From Clostridiales bacterium (lineage in GTDB: Bacteria; Bacillota; Clostridia; Christensenellales; Aristaeellaceae), in assembly GCA_004556155.1 (NCBI GenBank), contig SFIM01000018.1:7593-39592 (forward strand): a DNA stretch of 32,000 bases, given 5' to 3'. This document shows positions 1 to 7,357 of this stretch, one piece after another. A model generated the notes under the pieces. That model had not been told where the DNA came from, searched no databases, and worked only from the letters and a program-made list of their open reading frames with translations. Every line of letters begins with the position of its first letter. Position 1 is the first letter of the stretch. Position numbers and translations under genes: made by a program.

Positions 1-47
1 CGCCGCGCGCGTTTTCACATACTATAAGCCATAAGGGGGGATTTTCA

Positions 48-179
48 ATGGATATGGGCATTGAGCTGTCGCCACTCTGCGGAATGGTGATCTGTATCAT
101 CATAGCGGCGTTCTTTGCGCTTTGGGGCGCAGGGCTGCTGATTGTACGGCTGCGTCAGCGGCGGAAGCGCTCGCCGTAA
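48..179 (+). CDS. candidate small membrane protein (43 aa), unannotated in the ORF track
   Basis: ATG at 48 is preceded by AAGGGGGG (33-40) with a 7-nt spacer. 43 codons run to TAA at 177-179. Translation is MDMGIELSPLCGMVICIIIAAFFALWGAGLLIVRLRQRRKRSP, i.e. one hydrophobic helix plus a basic tail. It is below the ORF-track size cut-off and no homologue was recognised. It overlaps the convergent 3' end of the 155..547 gene by 25 nt. Confidence 0.35.
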   Translation: MDMGIELSPLCGMVICIIIAAFFALWGAGLLIVRLRQRRKRSP

Positions 180-547
180 TCGGCCAGCGCGCGCTTGAGG
201 GCGATTTCCGCCATCATGGCGCAGTGAATATGGCCGATGTCTGGCTCGCCGTCTTCCGTTAAGGCACAGCCGATTTTTTTGTGATCCATCGTCAGCGCAG
301 CAAGCGCGGGCCTGCCCTGGCACTGGGCGCAGGCATAGACCGCGCATGCCCACATCGGCGGGCAGGCGGATTCGGTCAGCGAAAAGCCAGCGGACTCGAT
401 AACGCCGAATGCATTCACGCGCAGACGGATTTCCAGCCGGTCCTCGCAGTTCGGCTCATTGGCAACGCCCGCGCCATTATACGCCTCGGGCAGCGGATAT
501 TCCCCGGACTTCGCCGCCCAGGACAGGGTGAGCTGTTGATTTGTCAT
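155..547 (-). CDS. NifU/IscU-like Fe-S cluster scaffold protein (divergent)
   Basis: IscU-like three-Cys layout: EPNCEDRLEIRL, LTESACPP, and HIHCAMMAEIALKRALADY (compare IscU IHCSILAEDAIKAAIADY). Start moved to the internal ATG at 547 (MTNQQ...) because AAGGA lies 8 nt upstream. The track ORF extends to 574. Confidence 0.7.
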   Translation of the reverse strand: MTNQQLTLSWAAKSGEYPLPEAYNGAGVANEPNCEDRLEIRLRVNAFGVIESAGFSLTESACPPMWACAVYACAQCQGRPALAALTMDHKKIGCALTEDGEPDIGHIHCAMMAEIALKRALADYGERFRR

Positions 548-565
548 ATCGCCAATCCTTAAGAG

Positions 566-595
566 CGGACGCACTCCCGCGCGGGAATGCGTCCG
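566..595 (-). other. strong intercistronic stem-loop between the FAD/GltD gene and the NifU-like gene
   Basis: CGGACGCA (566-573) pairs with TGCGTCCG (588-595). An inner TCCC/GGGA stem has a 4-nt GCGC loop. Only a weak U-tract (CUCUUAA) follows on the mRNA strand, so this may be a partial terminator or a processing/stability element. Confidence 0.35.
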
Positions 596-612
596 TTCAT
601 TTTCATGTGTGA

Positions 613-2976
613 TTATTCGCCCAGCAGCGTTCTGCGGATCAGCGTGCGGGTCACGTCGATCTTATAGGCGTTGCAGGACAGGGGCAGCGCATCCTCCAGG
701 CAGATTTCCGCAGCCGCAGCAGCGGTTTCCGCATTCAGCGGCTTGCCGATCAGATAGTGCTCGGCCTTCTCGCGCTTGAGCGCGACGGGAGCCACCGCGC
801 CCAGCACCAGGCTGGCGTCGGTGACGATGTTATTTTCATCCGTGTTCACCACGCTGGCGACAGCCACAACGGCAAAGTCGATGGCGTCGCGCACGCGGAA
901 TTTGCTGTACACGGCCTTTGCGCCAGTCTTGGGAGCGGGCACCACGATCTCCTGAACCACCTCGCCGGGGCGCAGCACGGTCTGGATCTTGGCATGCGTG
1001 CCGAAAAACTCCTTAGCCGTGGCGGTGCGCAGATTGGTAACCACCTTGGCATTATAGGCGTAGAGCATGTTGGCCATGTCGCTGGGATTGACCGCCAGGC
1101 AGCCGCAGTTCATGCAGCGGCCGGCTTCGCAGCGGGCAAGGCCGGGCGCGTAACTCTTTTCATCCTCATTGGTCAGGCTGCGCTCAGGAATGGGCAGCTC
1201 CTCCAGCTTGTTGCCCACGCGGTTATGCACTTCCTCGCTCTCGCTGCGCAGGAAGCCCTTTTCAGCGGGCACGGCAGGCATGGGGAAGCCCATATAGGCG
1301 CTCATGGCGCGGGCAGCATGCATACCGGAGCTGATCGCGCGGATGGCGATATCAGGGCCGGTAGCCGCGTCGCCGCCAGCGAATACGCCGGGACGGCGGG
1401 TAGCGTTATCCTCGTTTACATCCAGCAGGCCGCGCAGGCTCTTGATCTGCGCCTTGAGCTCCTCGCCCAGGAAGTCGATATCTACGCGCTGACCGGTGGC
1501 CAGGATGATGCAGTCAGATTCGATAACCTGCACATCGTCGTTATCATACTGGGGATTGAAGTGGCCCTCTGCGTCGCGCACGGACAGGCACCTGTTGGTC
1601 TTCATGCCGCGCACATTGCCGTTTTCATCGCGGATCACCTCAAGCAGGCCGCGGCCGTTGATAAACTCAACGCCCTCCTCCAGTACACGGGCGATTTCCT
1701 CGGGGCTGGCGGGCATTTCCTCGCGCTTTTCCAGGCACACCAGGCGAACCTTTTCAACGCCCAGACGCTTGGAGACCAGCGCTACGTCCATGGCGACGTT
1801 GCCGCCGCCGCAGACCAGCACCTCCTTGCCCACGCGCCCCTTGAGGTACTTGTTGACCTCTACCAGGAAGTTCAGACCGAACTGCGTCATATCCTCGCCG
1901 CTGAGACCCAGCAGGGGCTGCTTCCACGCGCCGGTGGCAATGTAGACGGAATCGCTGGCCTTTTCGATATCGGCCACGGTGATATCCTTGCCCACATCCA
2001 CGCCCAGCTTGAAGACGACGCCCATCTTTTCCAGCGCCTGCTGCACGGTTTCGATGTACTTCTTGGGCAGGCGGTAAGCGGGGATGCCATACATCAGCAC
2101 GCCGCCGGCCTTTTCCATTTTATCATAAACCGTTACCTGATGACCAGCCCTGCGCAAATTATAAGCAGCAGCCAGGCCGGAGGGGCCAGCGCCGATCACG
2201 GCGGCGGACTTGCCGGTTTTCTTTTCGGGCGCGCGGTAGAATTCATCCATGTGCTCCAGAATGTAATCGCCCACCGTGCGCTCCACGCAGTGGATGCCCA
2301 CGCTGTCGCCGTATACATGCTGGTTGCATTCCTTCTGGCAGGGATGCGGGCACACGCGGGAGGTCAGCATCGGCAACGGGTTGGCGCGCATGAGGATTTC
2401 AGCCGCAGCGTGCATATCCCCCTCGCGGATTTTTTCCATATAGGCGGGGATGTCGGTATTGGCCGGACAGCCGTGAGAGCACGGTGTCTGGCACACCTTC
2501 ATCGCGCCGAAGATGGAATGATACCGGTTTTCGCCCATCATGGCATAGCACAGATGGCCGTCCTTGCGGGCGCAGTTGACGCGGCCGCCAATGGAATCTG
2601 GATAGCGGTAATACCAGCAGCGCACATCCTGGCAGATGTTTCCGCCCACGGTGGCGGTGTTGCGCAGGTTGGGGGTAGCCACGGAATACGCCGCGTCCGC
2701 AAGCGCGGGCCACTTGCTGCGCACCACGCCGCTGGATGCGATATCGGCCAGAGTGGCCATCGCGCCCAGATGCAGGCCGTCGGCTTCCTCGGCGATGCGG
2801 TTCATGCCGGGGATTTCCTTCAGGCTTACAACCGTCCTGGGATAATTCGGCAGCAGCTTTTCCTTGAGCACGCCGGTCAGATCGGTGCCGCCGGCGCTGA
2901 GAACGGCGTCGCCCTTTCGCAGAAGCTCGGAGGCCTGCTCCACGCTTTGTGCCGATTCGTAAGCAAAATGCTTCAT
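613..2976 (-). CDS. Mo-hydroxylase FAD-binding subunit (CoxM/XdhB type) with an inserted GltD/NfnB-like NAD(P)H-dependent FeS flavoprotein module
   Basis: aa 1-160 form a FAD_binding_5-type domain (SAGGTDL, TVGGNICQDVRCWYYRY, NCARKDGHLCYAMMGENRYHSIFG). aa ~161-622 resemble the glutamate synthase small subunit: CQTPCSHGCP and CPHPCQKEC clusters, AVIGAGPSGLAAA, VLVCGGGNVAMDVA, VFAGGDAATG. aa ~623-787 resume the FAD subunit (CLAVNPSDMANML...) and continue into a CO-dehydrogenase-flavoprotein C-terminal domain. GGAGGAG RBS lies upstream of ATG 2976. Confidence 0.85.
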   Translation of the reverse strand: MKHFAYESAQSVEQASELLRKGDAVLSAGGTDLTGVLKEKLLPNYPRTVVSLKEIPGMNRIAEEADGLHLGAMATLADIASSGVVRSKWPALADAAYSVATPNLRNTATVGGNICQDVRCWYYRYPDSIGGRVNCARKDGHLCYAMMGENRYHSIFGAMKVCQTPCSHGCPANTDIPAYMEKIREGDMHAAAEILMRANPLPMLTSRVCPHPCQKECNQHVYGDSVGIHCVERTVGDYILEHMDEFYRAPEKKTGKSAAVIGAGPSGLAAAYNLRRAGHQVTVYDKMEKAGGVLMYGIPAYRLPKKYIETVQQALEKMGVVFKLGVDVGKDITVADIEKASDSVYIATGAWKQPLLGLSGEDMTQFGLNFLVEVNKYLKGRVGKEVLVCGGGNVAMDVALVSKRLGVEKVRLVCLEKREEMPASPEEIARVLEEGVEFINGRGLLEVIRDENGNVRGMKTNRCLSVRDAEGHFNPQYDNDDVQVIESDCIILATGQRVDIDFLGEELKAQIKSLRGLLDVNEDNATRRPGVFAGGDAATGPDIAIRAISSGMHAARAMSAYMGFPMPAVPAEKGFLRSESEEVHNRVGNKLEELPIPERSLTNEDEKSYAPGLARCEAGRCMNCGCLAVNPSDMANMLYAYNAKVVTNLRTATAKEFFGTHAKIQTVLRPGEVVQEIVVPAPKTGAKAVYSKFRVRDAIDFAVVAVASVVNTDENNIVTDASLVLGAVAPVALKREKAEHYLIGKPLNAETAAAAAEICLEDALPLSCNAYKIDVTRTLIRRTLLGE

Positions 2977-2979
2977 AGC

Positions 2980-5277
2980 TTATTTCTCCTCCTTCGCTTT
3001 GAGCGCAGCCAGCACGCGGGCGGGCGTGAAGGGGAACTCGTTGATCCATACGCCGCAGGCATTGTACACGGCCATGCGGATCGCCGGGCCGCCGGGAGCC
3101 AGCAGCGGCTCGCCCACGCCGTTCGCGCCGAAGGGATAACGGGTATCCTTGCCCTTGTTGGTTTCCAGCACAATGTGATCGTGCTGCGTCACTTCATTGA
3201 AGGTACGGGTCTTATAATCCAGATTGGAGGGGTTGAGCACGCGGTAATCGTTCTGATCCCACACCGTCTCCTCCATCAGCGCCAGGTCGGTGCCGGCATA
3301 GAAGGACTGCACCTGATTGCGCAGCGGCAGGGGATTGACGATCACGCCCGCATCGGAGCCGCCGAAGTGGTTAATCAGCTTGATCGTGCCTAGCTCGGTA
3401 TCGACCTCGACCTCGATCACCTGCAAATGCATGATGGTGCTATCCTCCACGCCGTTGTGATGACCCACGCCCGTGATGGAATCTACCTTGCCGATGACCA
3501 TCGGGAACAGCGGCAGCACCTTTTCGGGGTTGGAAATCTGATAGATCTTGCCGTTTTTAAGAGCCAGGTCATCCTTGGGGATTCCATGGCGCTGCTCAAC
3601 GATTTCAAACAGCTGGCGCTTCACATCCTGCGCCGCCTTCAGCGCGCAGATGCCGCCACAGTAGGTGGAGCGGGAGCCGGTGGAGCCAAAGTCCGCGGGA
3701 GTCGCGCCGGTATCGGCGGGCGCCATCTTGACGGACTCGATGGGCATATCCAGCTCCTCAGCCACGATCTTCTGCATGATATCGCGGATACCCGAGCCAA
3801 ACTCCGCCATGCAGGTGGAGATATACACAGCGCCCAGACCCGTGATGGTCACGGTGGCGTTGGAGGTTTTGCCGCCCGTATCGGCGTGACCGGCGGCGCT
3901 TACGCCGATGCCACGGCGCTTTTTGCCATCGGGAGACACCCAGGTGGGCACGCCCCAGCCCTTCCAGCGCTCAGACCAATGACAGGCCTTCGCGGTCTCG
4001 CGCACCAGGTTCTGCCAGTCGGAGGAGTTATTGTGCTGCCAGGGATGCATGGGCGAGCAGGCGTTGTGGAACTCCTCGCCCAGCGCCAGCGCGTTCTTTT
4101 CCAGATAGACCATGGGGTCTACATCCACCCGGCGGCAGGCCTCGAAGATGGCGGCGGTCAGCAGGTTGCTCGATTCCAGATAGCCATAGCCGCGGAAGGA
4201 TCCGGAGGGCACATGGTTGGTCACGACCACCTTGGCGTCAAACTTTTTGTTGTTGGTTTTGCACAGGATGGGCAGCGAGTTGGTACCCACAGCCAGCATG
4301 AATTCCTGCGTGGAGGCTGTAGCGCCGGCGTCGGCAATCTGCGTCATTTCAACGGCGGTCGCCAGGCCGTCCTTCTTCATGCCAAACTTGACATGGCCCT
4401 TGGTGACCATGCGGGTCTGATGGGCGGTAAAGTGCTCCTCCTTGCTGTAAGCGTACAGCACCGGGCAGTTTGCAAAGCGCGCCATCAGGGCGGTAAACAC
4501 CAGGCAATGCACGTTGCCGCTGTACAGCTTGGAGCCAAAGGAGCCGCCCACCGCGCCCACGATCAGGCGAACGTTTTCATAGGGCAGATTCAAAGAAGAC
4601 GCGACGTTCTGGTGGCAGTAGGCAGGAGCCGCGGCGGAGGCAATAAAGGTAACGACGCCCTTATCCCACCAGGCAATGGTGGTAGGCGGCTCCAGCGGCA
4701 GCGGATTCTGGCCGCTGGTCAGCTCGCTGTCCATCTCCACGATCACATCGGCTTCCTCAAAGCCCTTGCCGCTGTCCCCCGCCTCAAAATGCAGGTTCTG
4801 CTTGTAGGGGGCGATGTTGCCGGGGAATTCCTTGTACAGCTGCGGCGCGCCGGGCTTCATGGCCTCGTCGATGGTATAAACGGGCTCCAGCTGCTCATAT
4901 TCCACCTTGATCTTATCCATGGCCTCCATGGCCAGATCTTCGGTATCGGCAACAACCAGGGCCACAGCGTCACCCACATAGCGCACATACTCATCCAGGA
5001 TGTTGGGATGGCGGGGCGGTGTGAATCCATTGTTGACGCTGATGCCCTCGCCTGCGATATCCTGCCAGGTCACCACGCAGGCAACGCCGTCCATGGCCAG
5101 TGCTTCGCTTTTATCCACGCTGACGATGCGGGCAAAGGGATAAGGCGAGCGCAGGATTTTGCCGTATTTCATGCCGGGCACCTTGTTGTCGGCCACATAC
5201 ATGGCCTTGCCCGTTACAATGTCGCTGCCCAGAATACGATGGGTCTCGCGGCCGATATGGCGGAACTGCTCTTTCAT
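2980..5277 (-). CDS. xanthine dehydrogenase/aldehyde oxidase family molybdopterin-binding large subunit
   Basis: a/b-hammerhead-like N-terminus (GKAMYVADN, ILRSPYPFARI). Family motifs VGGSFGSK, SGSFRGYGY and GVGEPLLAPG. ATGA start/stop overlap with the 2Fe-2S subunit gene (5274-5277). Confidence 0.9.
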   Translation of the reverse strand: MKEQFRHIGRETHRILGSDIVTGKAMYVADNKVPGMKYGKILRSPYPFARIVSVDKSEALAMDGVACVVTWQDIAGEGISVNNGFTPPRHPNILDEYVRYVGDAVALVVADTEDLAMEAMDKIKVEYEQLEPVYTIDEAMKPGAPQLYKEFPGNIAPYKQNLHFEAGDSGKGFEEADVIVEMDSELTSGQNPLPLEPPTTIAWWDKGVVTFIASAAAPAYCHQNVASSLNLPYENVRLIVGAVGGSFGSKLYSGNVHCLVFTALMARFANCPVLYAYSKEEHFTAHQTRMVTKGHVKFGMKKDGLATAVEMTQIADAGATASTQEFMLAVGTNSLPILCKTNNKKFDAKVVVTNHVPSGSFRGYGYLESSNLLTAAIFEACRRVDVDPMVYLEKNALALGEEFHNACSPMHPWQHNNSSDWQNLVRETAKACHWSERWKGWGVPTWVSPDGKKRRGIGVSAAGHADTGGKTSNATVTITGLGAVYISTCMAEFGSGIRDIMQKIVAEELDMPIESVKMAPADTGATPADFGSTGSRSTYCGGICALKAAQDVKRQLFEIVEQRHGIPKDDLALKNGKIYQISNPEKVLPLFPMVIGKVDSITGVGHHNGVEDSTIMHLQVIEVEVDTELGTIKLINHFGGSDAGVIVNPLPLRNQVQSFYAGTDLALMEETVWDQNDYRVLNPSNLDYKTRTFNEVTQHDHIVLETNKGKDTRYPFGANGVGEPLLAPGGPAIRMAVYNACGVWINEFPFTPARVLAALKAKEEK

Positions 5278-5795
5278 TGCTTGCGTTCCTCCTTCATCTG
5301 CTCAATATAGGCCATAATGGATTCCACAGCGGTGTAATGGGTGCCGCAGCGGCAATAATTGCCCGACAGCGCCTCGCGCACCTCCGTCTCGGTGGGGCAG
5401 GGATTTTTATCCAGCAGCGCCTGCGCCGTCATGATGATGCCGGGCGTGCAGAAGCCGCACTGATAGCCGCAGTGATCCAGGAAAGCCTGCTGAAGACCGT
5501 TCAGCTTGCCCGTAGCCGCATCGGCCAGACCTTCGATGGTGGTGATCTCCGCACCGTCGCAGTCCATGGTCAGCATCATGCAGGAAGTAACAGGCTTACC
5601 GTTCATAATCACCGTGCAGGCGCCGCAAGCGCCCTGATCGCAGCCGAGCTTTACGCCCGTCAGACCCAGGCGGTCGCGCAGGGTATGCACCAGCGTTTCG
5701 CTCTCAGGCATTTCGCCGCGGCCCTCGCCCACGTCAAATTCGTAGGAACGGCCGTTTACCTTGAGGGTAATGACCTTTACGGATCTAACTTTCAT
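5274..5795 (-). CDS. (2Fe-2S)-binding small subunit of the Mo-hydroxylase
   Basis: GCDQGACGACTV plus CGFCTPG and CRCGTH motifs typical of CoxS/XdhC-type [2Fe-2S] subunits. AAAGGAG RBS precedes ATG 5795. Confidence 0.92.
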   Translation of the reverse strand: MKVRSVKVITLKVNGRSYEFDVGEGRGEMPESETLVHTLRDRLGLTGVKLGCDQGACGACTVIMNGKPVTSCMMLTMDCDGAEITTIEGLADAATGKLNGLQQAFLDHCGYQCGFCTPGIIMTAQALLDKNPCPTETEVREALSGNYCRCGTHYTAVESIMAYIEQMKEERKQ

Positions 5796-5824
5796 GTATT
5801 TTCTCCTTTAAAATTCAAGACGCC

Positions 5825-7021
5825 TTATTTGGCGTTCTTCTTGGATGCGCGGAAGGCCAGGCCGATGGCTACGCCGCACAGACAGATGCCCGCGAAGAAG
5901 AACCACACAACATTGTAATTGCCGGTGCTGTCGATGATTCGGCCAACGATAATAGGCTGCACAAGGCTTGCGGACTGGAAGATCAGGTTTTCAATGGAAA
6001 TCGCGGTGGCGCTGTACTGATCGCCCGCGCGGATGGCAGCCAGGGTAGTATAGTGCGTGGAGGGCAGGTAGGAGAACGCGCCGAAGATGATGCCGATGAG
6101 GATCAGGGTGACATAGCTGTTCATCAGGCCAAACACCGCGCAGGACGCGCCCATCAGCGCCAGGGCAATCAGCATGAACTTTTTGTGGCTCATGCCCAGA
6201 GCGCTGGCCAGCTTGCCGGAGAAGCAGGAGGCGATGATGCCCGCGATGGAGAAGGCGGATACGATCATGCCGCCCTGGGTGGCGGTCAGGCCGAAGGACT
6301 GGGCAAACTTATTGCCCCAGGTGGAGAAGCCGTTGTTGACAAACATGAACATGAAGCCCGACAGCGCCAGGATGATCTGCTGGGGATCCTTGAAATAAAC
6401 CGCCAGGCCTTCCAGCAGTCCGGCCTTGCCGGCGGGAGCGGGCGCCTTGGGAATGGGCTTTACAAACAGGAACAGGCAAACAATTACCAGCACCGCGAAC
6501 AGGCTTACATAGGCAAAGGTGCCGCGCCAGCCAACCGCATGCATCAGGCGGGGCGCAATCTGATTGGCCAGCAGAATGCCGATGGGCGGGGAGGCCAGCA
6601 GGATACCCATGCCGGTGGCGCGCTCCTTGGGAGCAAAGTTGGCGGTAACGATCTTAGAGCAGCTGGACATGATCACGCCCGAGCACAGACCGTTGACAAT
6701 GCGCACAACCAGGCCCATGGTGTAGCCGCCGATAAGGGCCATCAGCGCCGTGCAGATGCCGCCCAGCAGGGTGGCGATAATCAGAATGTACTTGGGCTGC
6801 AGCTTATCGGCCATGATGCCGCCGGGAATCTGCGTGATGCAATAGCCCGCAAAGAAAGCGGACATGTACAGGCCGGCCTGGGTGGCGTTGATGGAAAACT
6901 CCTCCATTACGGTGCTCATCAGCGGCGCCCAGGTAAAGCGGCTGAGGAACGTAAAGGTGAAGGCGAGTGTGGCCGACATCAGCGCCAGCCAGCGATTGCT
7001 GCTTTTGTTCGCAGTGCTCAT
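5825..7021 (-). CDS. MFS transporter, first gene of the hydroxylase operon
   Basis: 398 aa, hydrophobic throughout with a ~12 TM-like pattern. AAGGAGGG RBS precedes ATG 7021. Only 29 nt separate it from the 2Fe-2S gene. Confidence 0.8.
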   Translation of the reverse strand: MSTANKSSNRWLALMSATLAFTFTFLSRFTWAPLMSTVMEEFSINATQAGLYMSAFFAGYCITQIPGGIMADKLQPKYILIIATLLGGICTALMALIGGYTMGLVVRIVNGLCSGVIMSSCSKIVTANFAPKERATGMGILLASPPIGILLANQIAPRLMHAVGWRGTFAYVSLFAVLVIVCLFLFVKPIPKAPAPAGKAGLLEGLAVYFKDPQQIILALSGFMFMFVNNGFSTWGNKFAQSFGLTATQGGMIVSAFSIAGIIASCFSGKLASALGMSHKKFMLIALALMGASCAVFGLMNSYVTLILIGIIFGAFSYLPSTHYTTLAAIRAGDQYSATAISIENLIFQSASLVQPIIVGRIIDSTGNYNVVWFFFAGICLCGVAIGLAFRASKKNAK

Positions 7022-7074
7022 TTGGAAAAATCCCTCCTTGCCAAATTGACGCTCGGCTCAGAATCGACAGTTTT

Positions 7075-7120
7075 CTGAACAAATCGTCATTTGTTCTAAT
7101 TATAATTCCTTTATCGATAT
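7075..7120. promoter_or_regulatory. composite operator, copy 1: CTGAACAAA-N5-ATTTGTTC-N15-TATCGATAT
   Basis: Perfect inverted repeat GAACAAAT (7077-7084) / ATTTGTTC (7089-7096) with a 4-nt spacer. Palindromic TATCGATA(T) lies at 7112-7120. The same blocks with the same spacing recur at 17044-17089. Confidence 0.6.
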
Positions 7121-7127
7121 TCGTCAA
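7099..7127 (-). promoter_or_regulatory. sigma-A-type promoter for the MFS/Mo-hydroxylase operon
   Basis: On the minus strand: TTGACG (7127-7122), a 17-nt spacer, then TATAAT (7104-7099). The -10 lies inside the palindrome AATTATAATT, which also reads TATAAT (7101-7106) on the plus strand. Confidence 0.55.
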
Positions 7128-7163
7128 TATGCAATTAAAAACATAACGGTCTGGATAGCAAGC

Positions 7164-7181
7164 GAAAATCGCGCGATTTTC
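7164..7181. promoter_or_regulatory. perfect 18-bp palindrome GAAAATCGCGCGATTTTC in the divergent intergenic region
   Basis: Read directly from the sequence: 9-bp half-sites with no mismatches. The binding factor is unknown. Confidence 0.4.
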
Positions 7182-7259
7182 AACACATTTTCAGTCTTCG
7201 ATCCGCTTTTGCGGAGCAAATTCCCCTATTTTTGCGGTTTTTTCATTTACGCGCGTTTA

Positions 7260-7281
7260 CTGAACAAATTATATTTTGTTT
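7260..7281. promoter_or_regulatory. operator-like site, copy 2 (degenerate): CTGAACAAA-N5-TTTTGTTT
   Basis: The left arm is identical to copy 1 and the right arm matches ATTTGTTC at 6/8. It lacks the TATCGATAT block. It sits ~15 bp upstream of the putative tetR -35. Confidence 0.4.
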
Positions 7282-7295
7282 TTTTGCTTTGTCAT

Positions 7296-7325
7296 TTGCT
7301 TTTTTATCTTTTCCTGTGCTATAAT
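7296..7325 (+). promoter_or_regulatory. putative promoter of the TetR gene
   Basis: TTGCTT (7296-7301), an 18-nt spacer, then TATAAT (7320-7325), 32 nt upstream of ATG 7358. The -35 is weak. Confidence 0.35.
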
Positions 7326-7357
7326 TCGAGTGTAGATATCAGAAAGCGAGCCTGCCC

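Noticed and set aside
45-353. 102-aa minus-strand ORF overlapping the NifU-like gene in another frame
   Set aside because: The translation is Arg/Pro/Ala-rich nonsense. It overlaps a motif-supported CDS and the better-supported small plus-strand ORF at 48..179.
2980-5277. Selenium-dependent molybdenum hydroxylase or selenocysteine usage
   Set aside because: No in-frame TGA interrupts the large subunit. No yqeB, yqeC, selD or selA-type genes are in the window, so nothing in the sequence supports selenium dependence.
757-5310. Very long plus-strand ORFs (757..3393, 878 aa; 3427..5310, 627 aa) opposite the hydroxylase genes
   Set aside because: They lie antisense to genes with unmistakable family motifs. 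Their translations are low-complexity and rich in A/G/R/H/L/Q, as expected for the reverse frame of GC3-rich coding sequence. No RBS or recognisable domains were seen.
7203-7250. Possible small plus-strand RNA from the 7101-7106 -10, ending at CCGCTTTTGCGG ... GCGGTTTTTT
   Set aside because: The stems are only 4 bp and the plus-strand promoter has a 19-nt spacer and a poor -35. This is too weak to call a gene. It is mentioned under the palindrome finding as something transcript mapping could settle.
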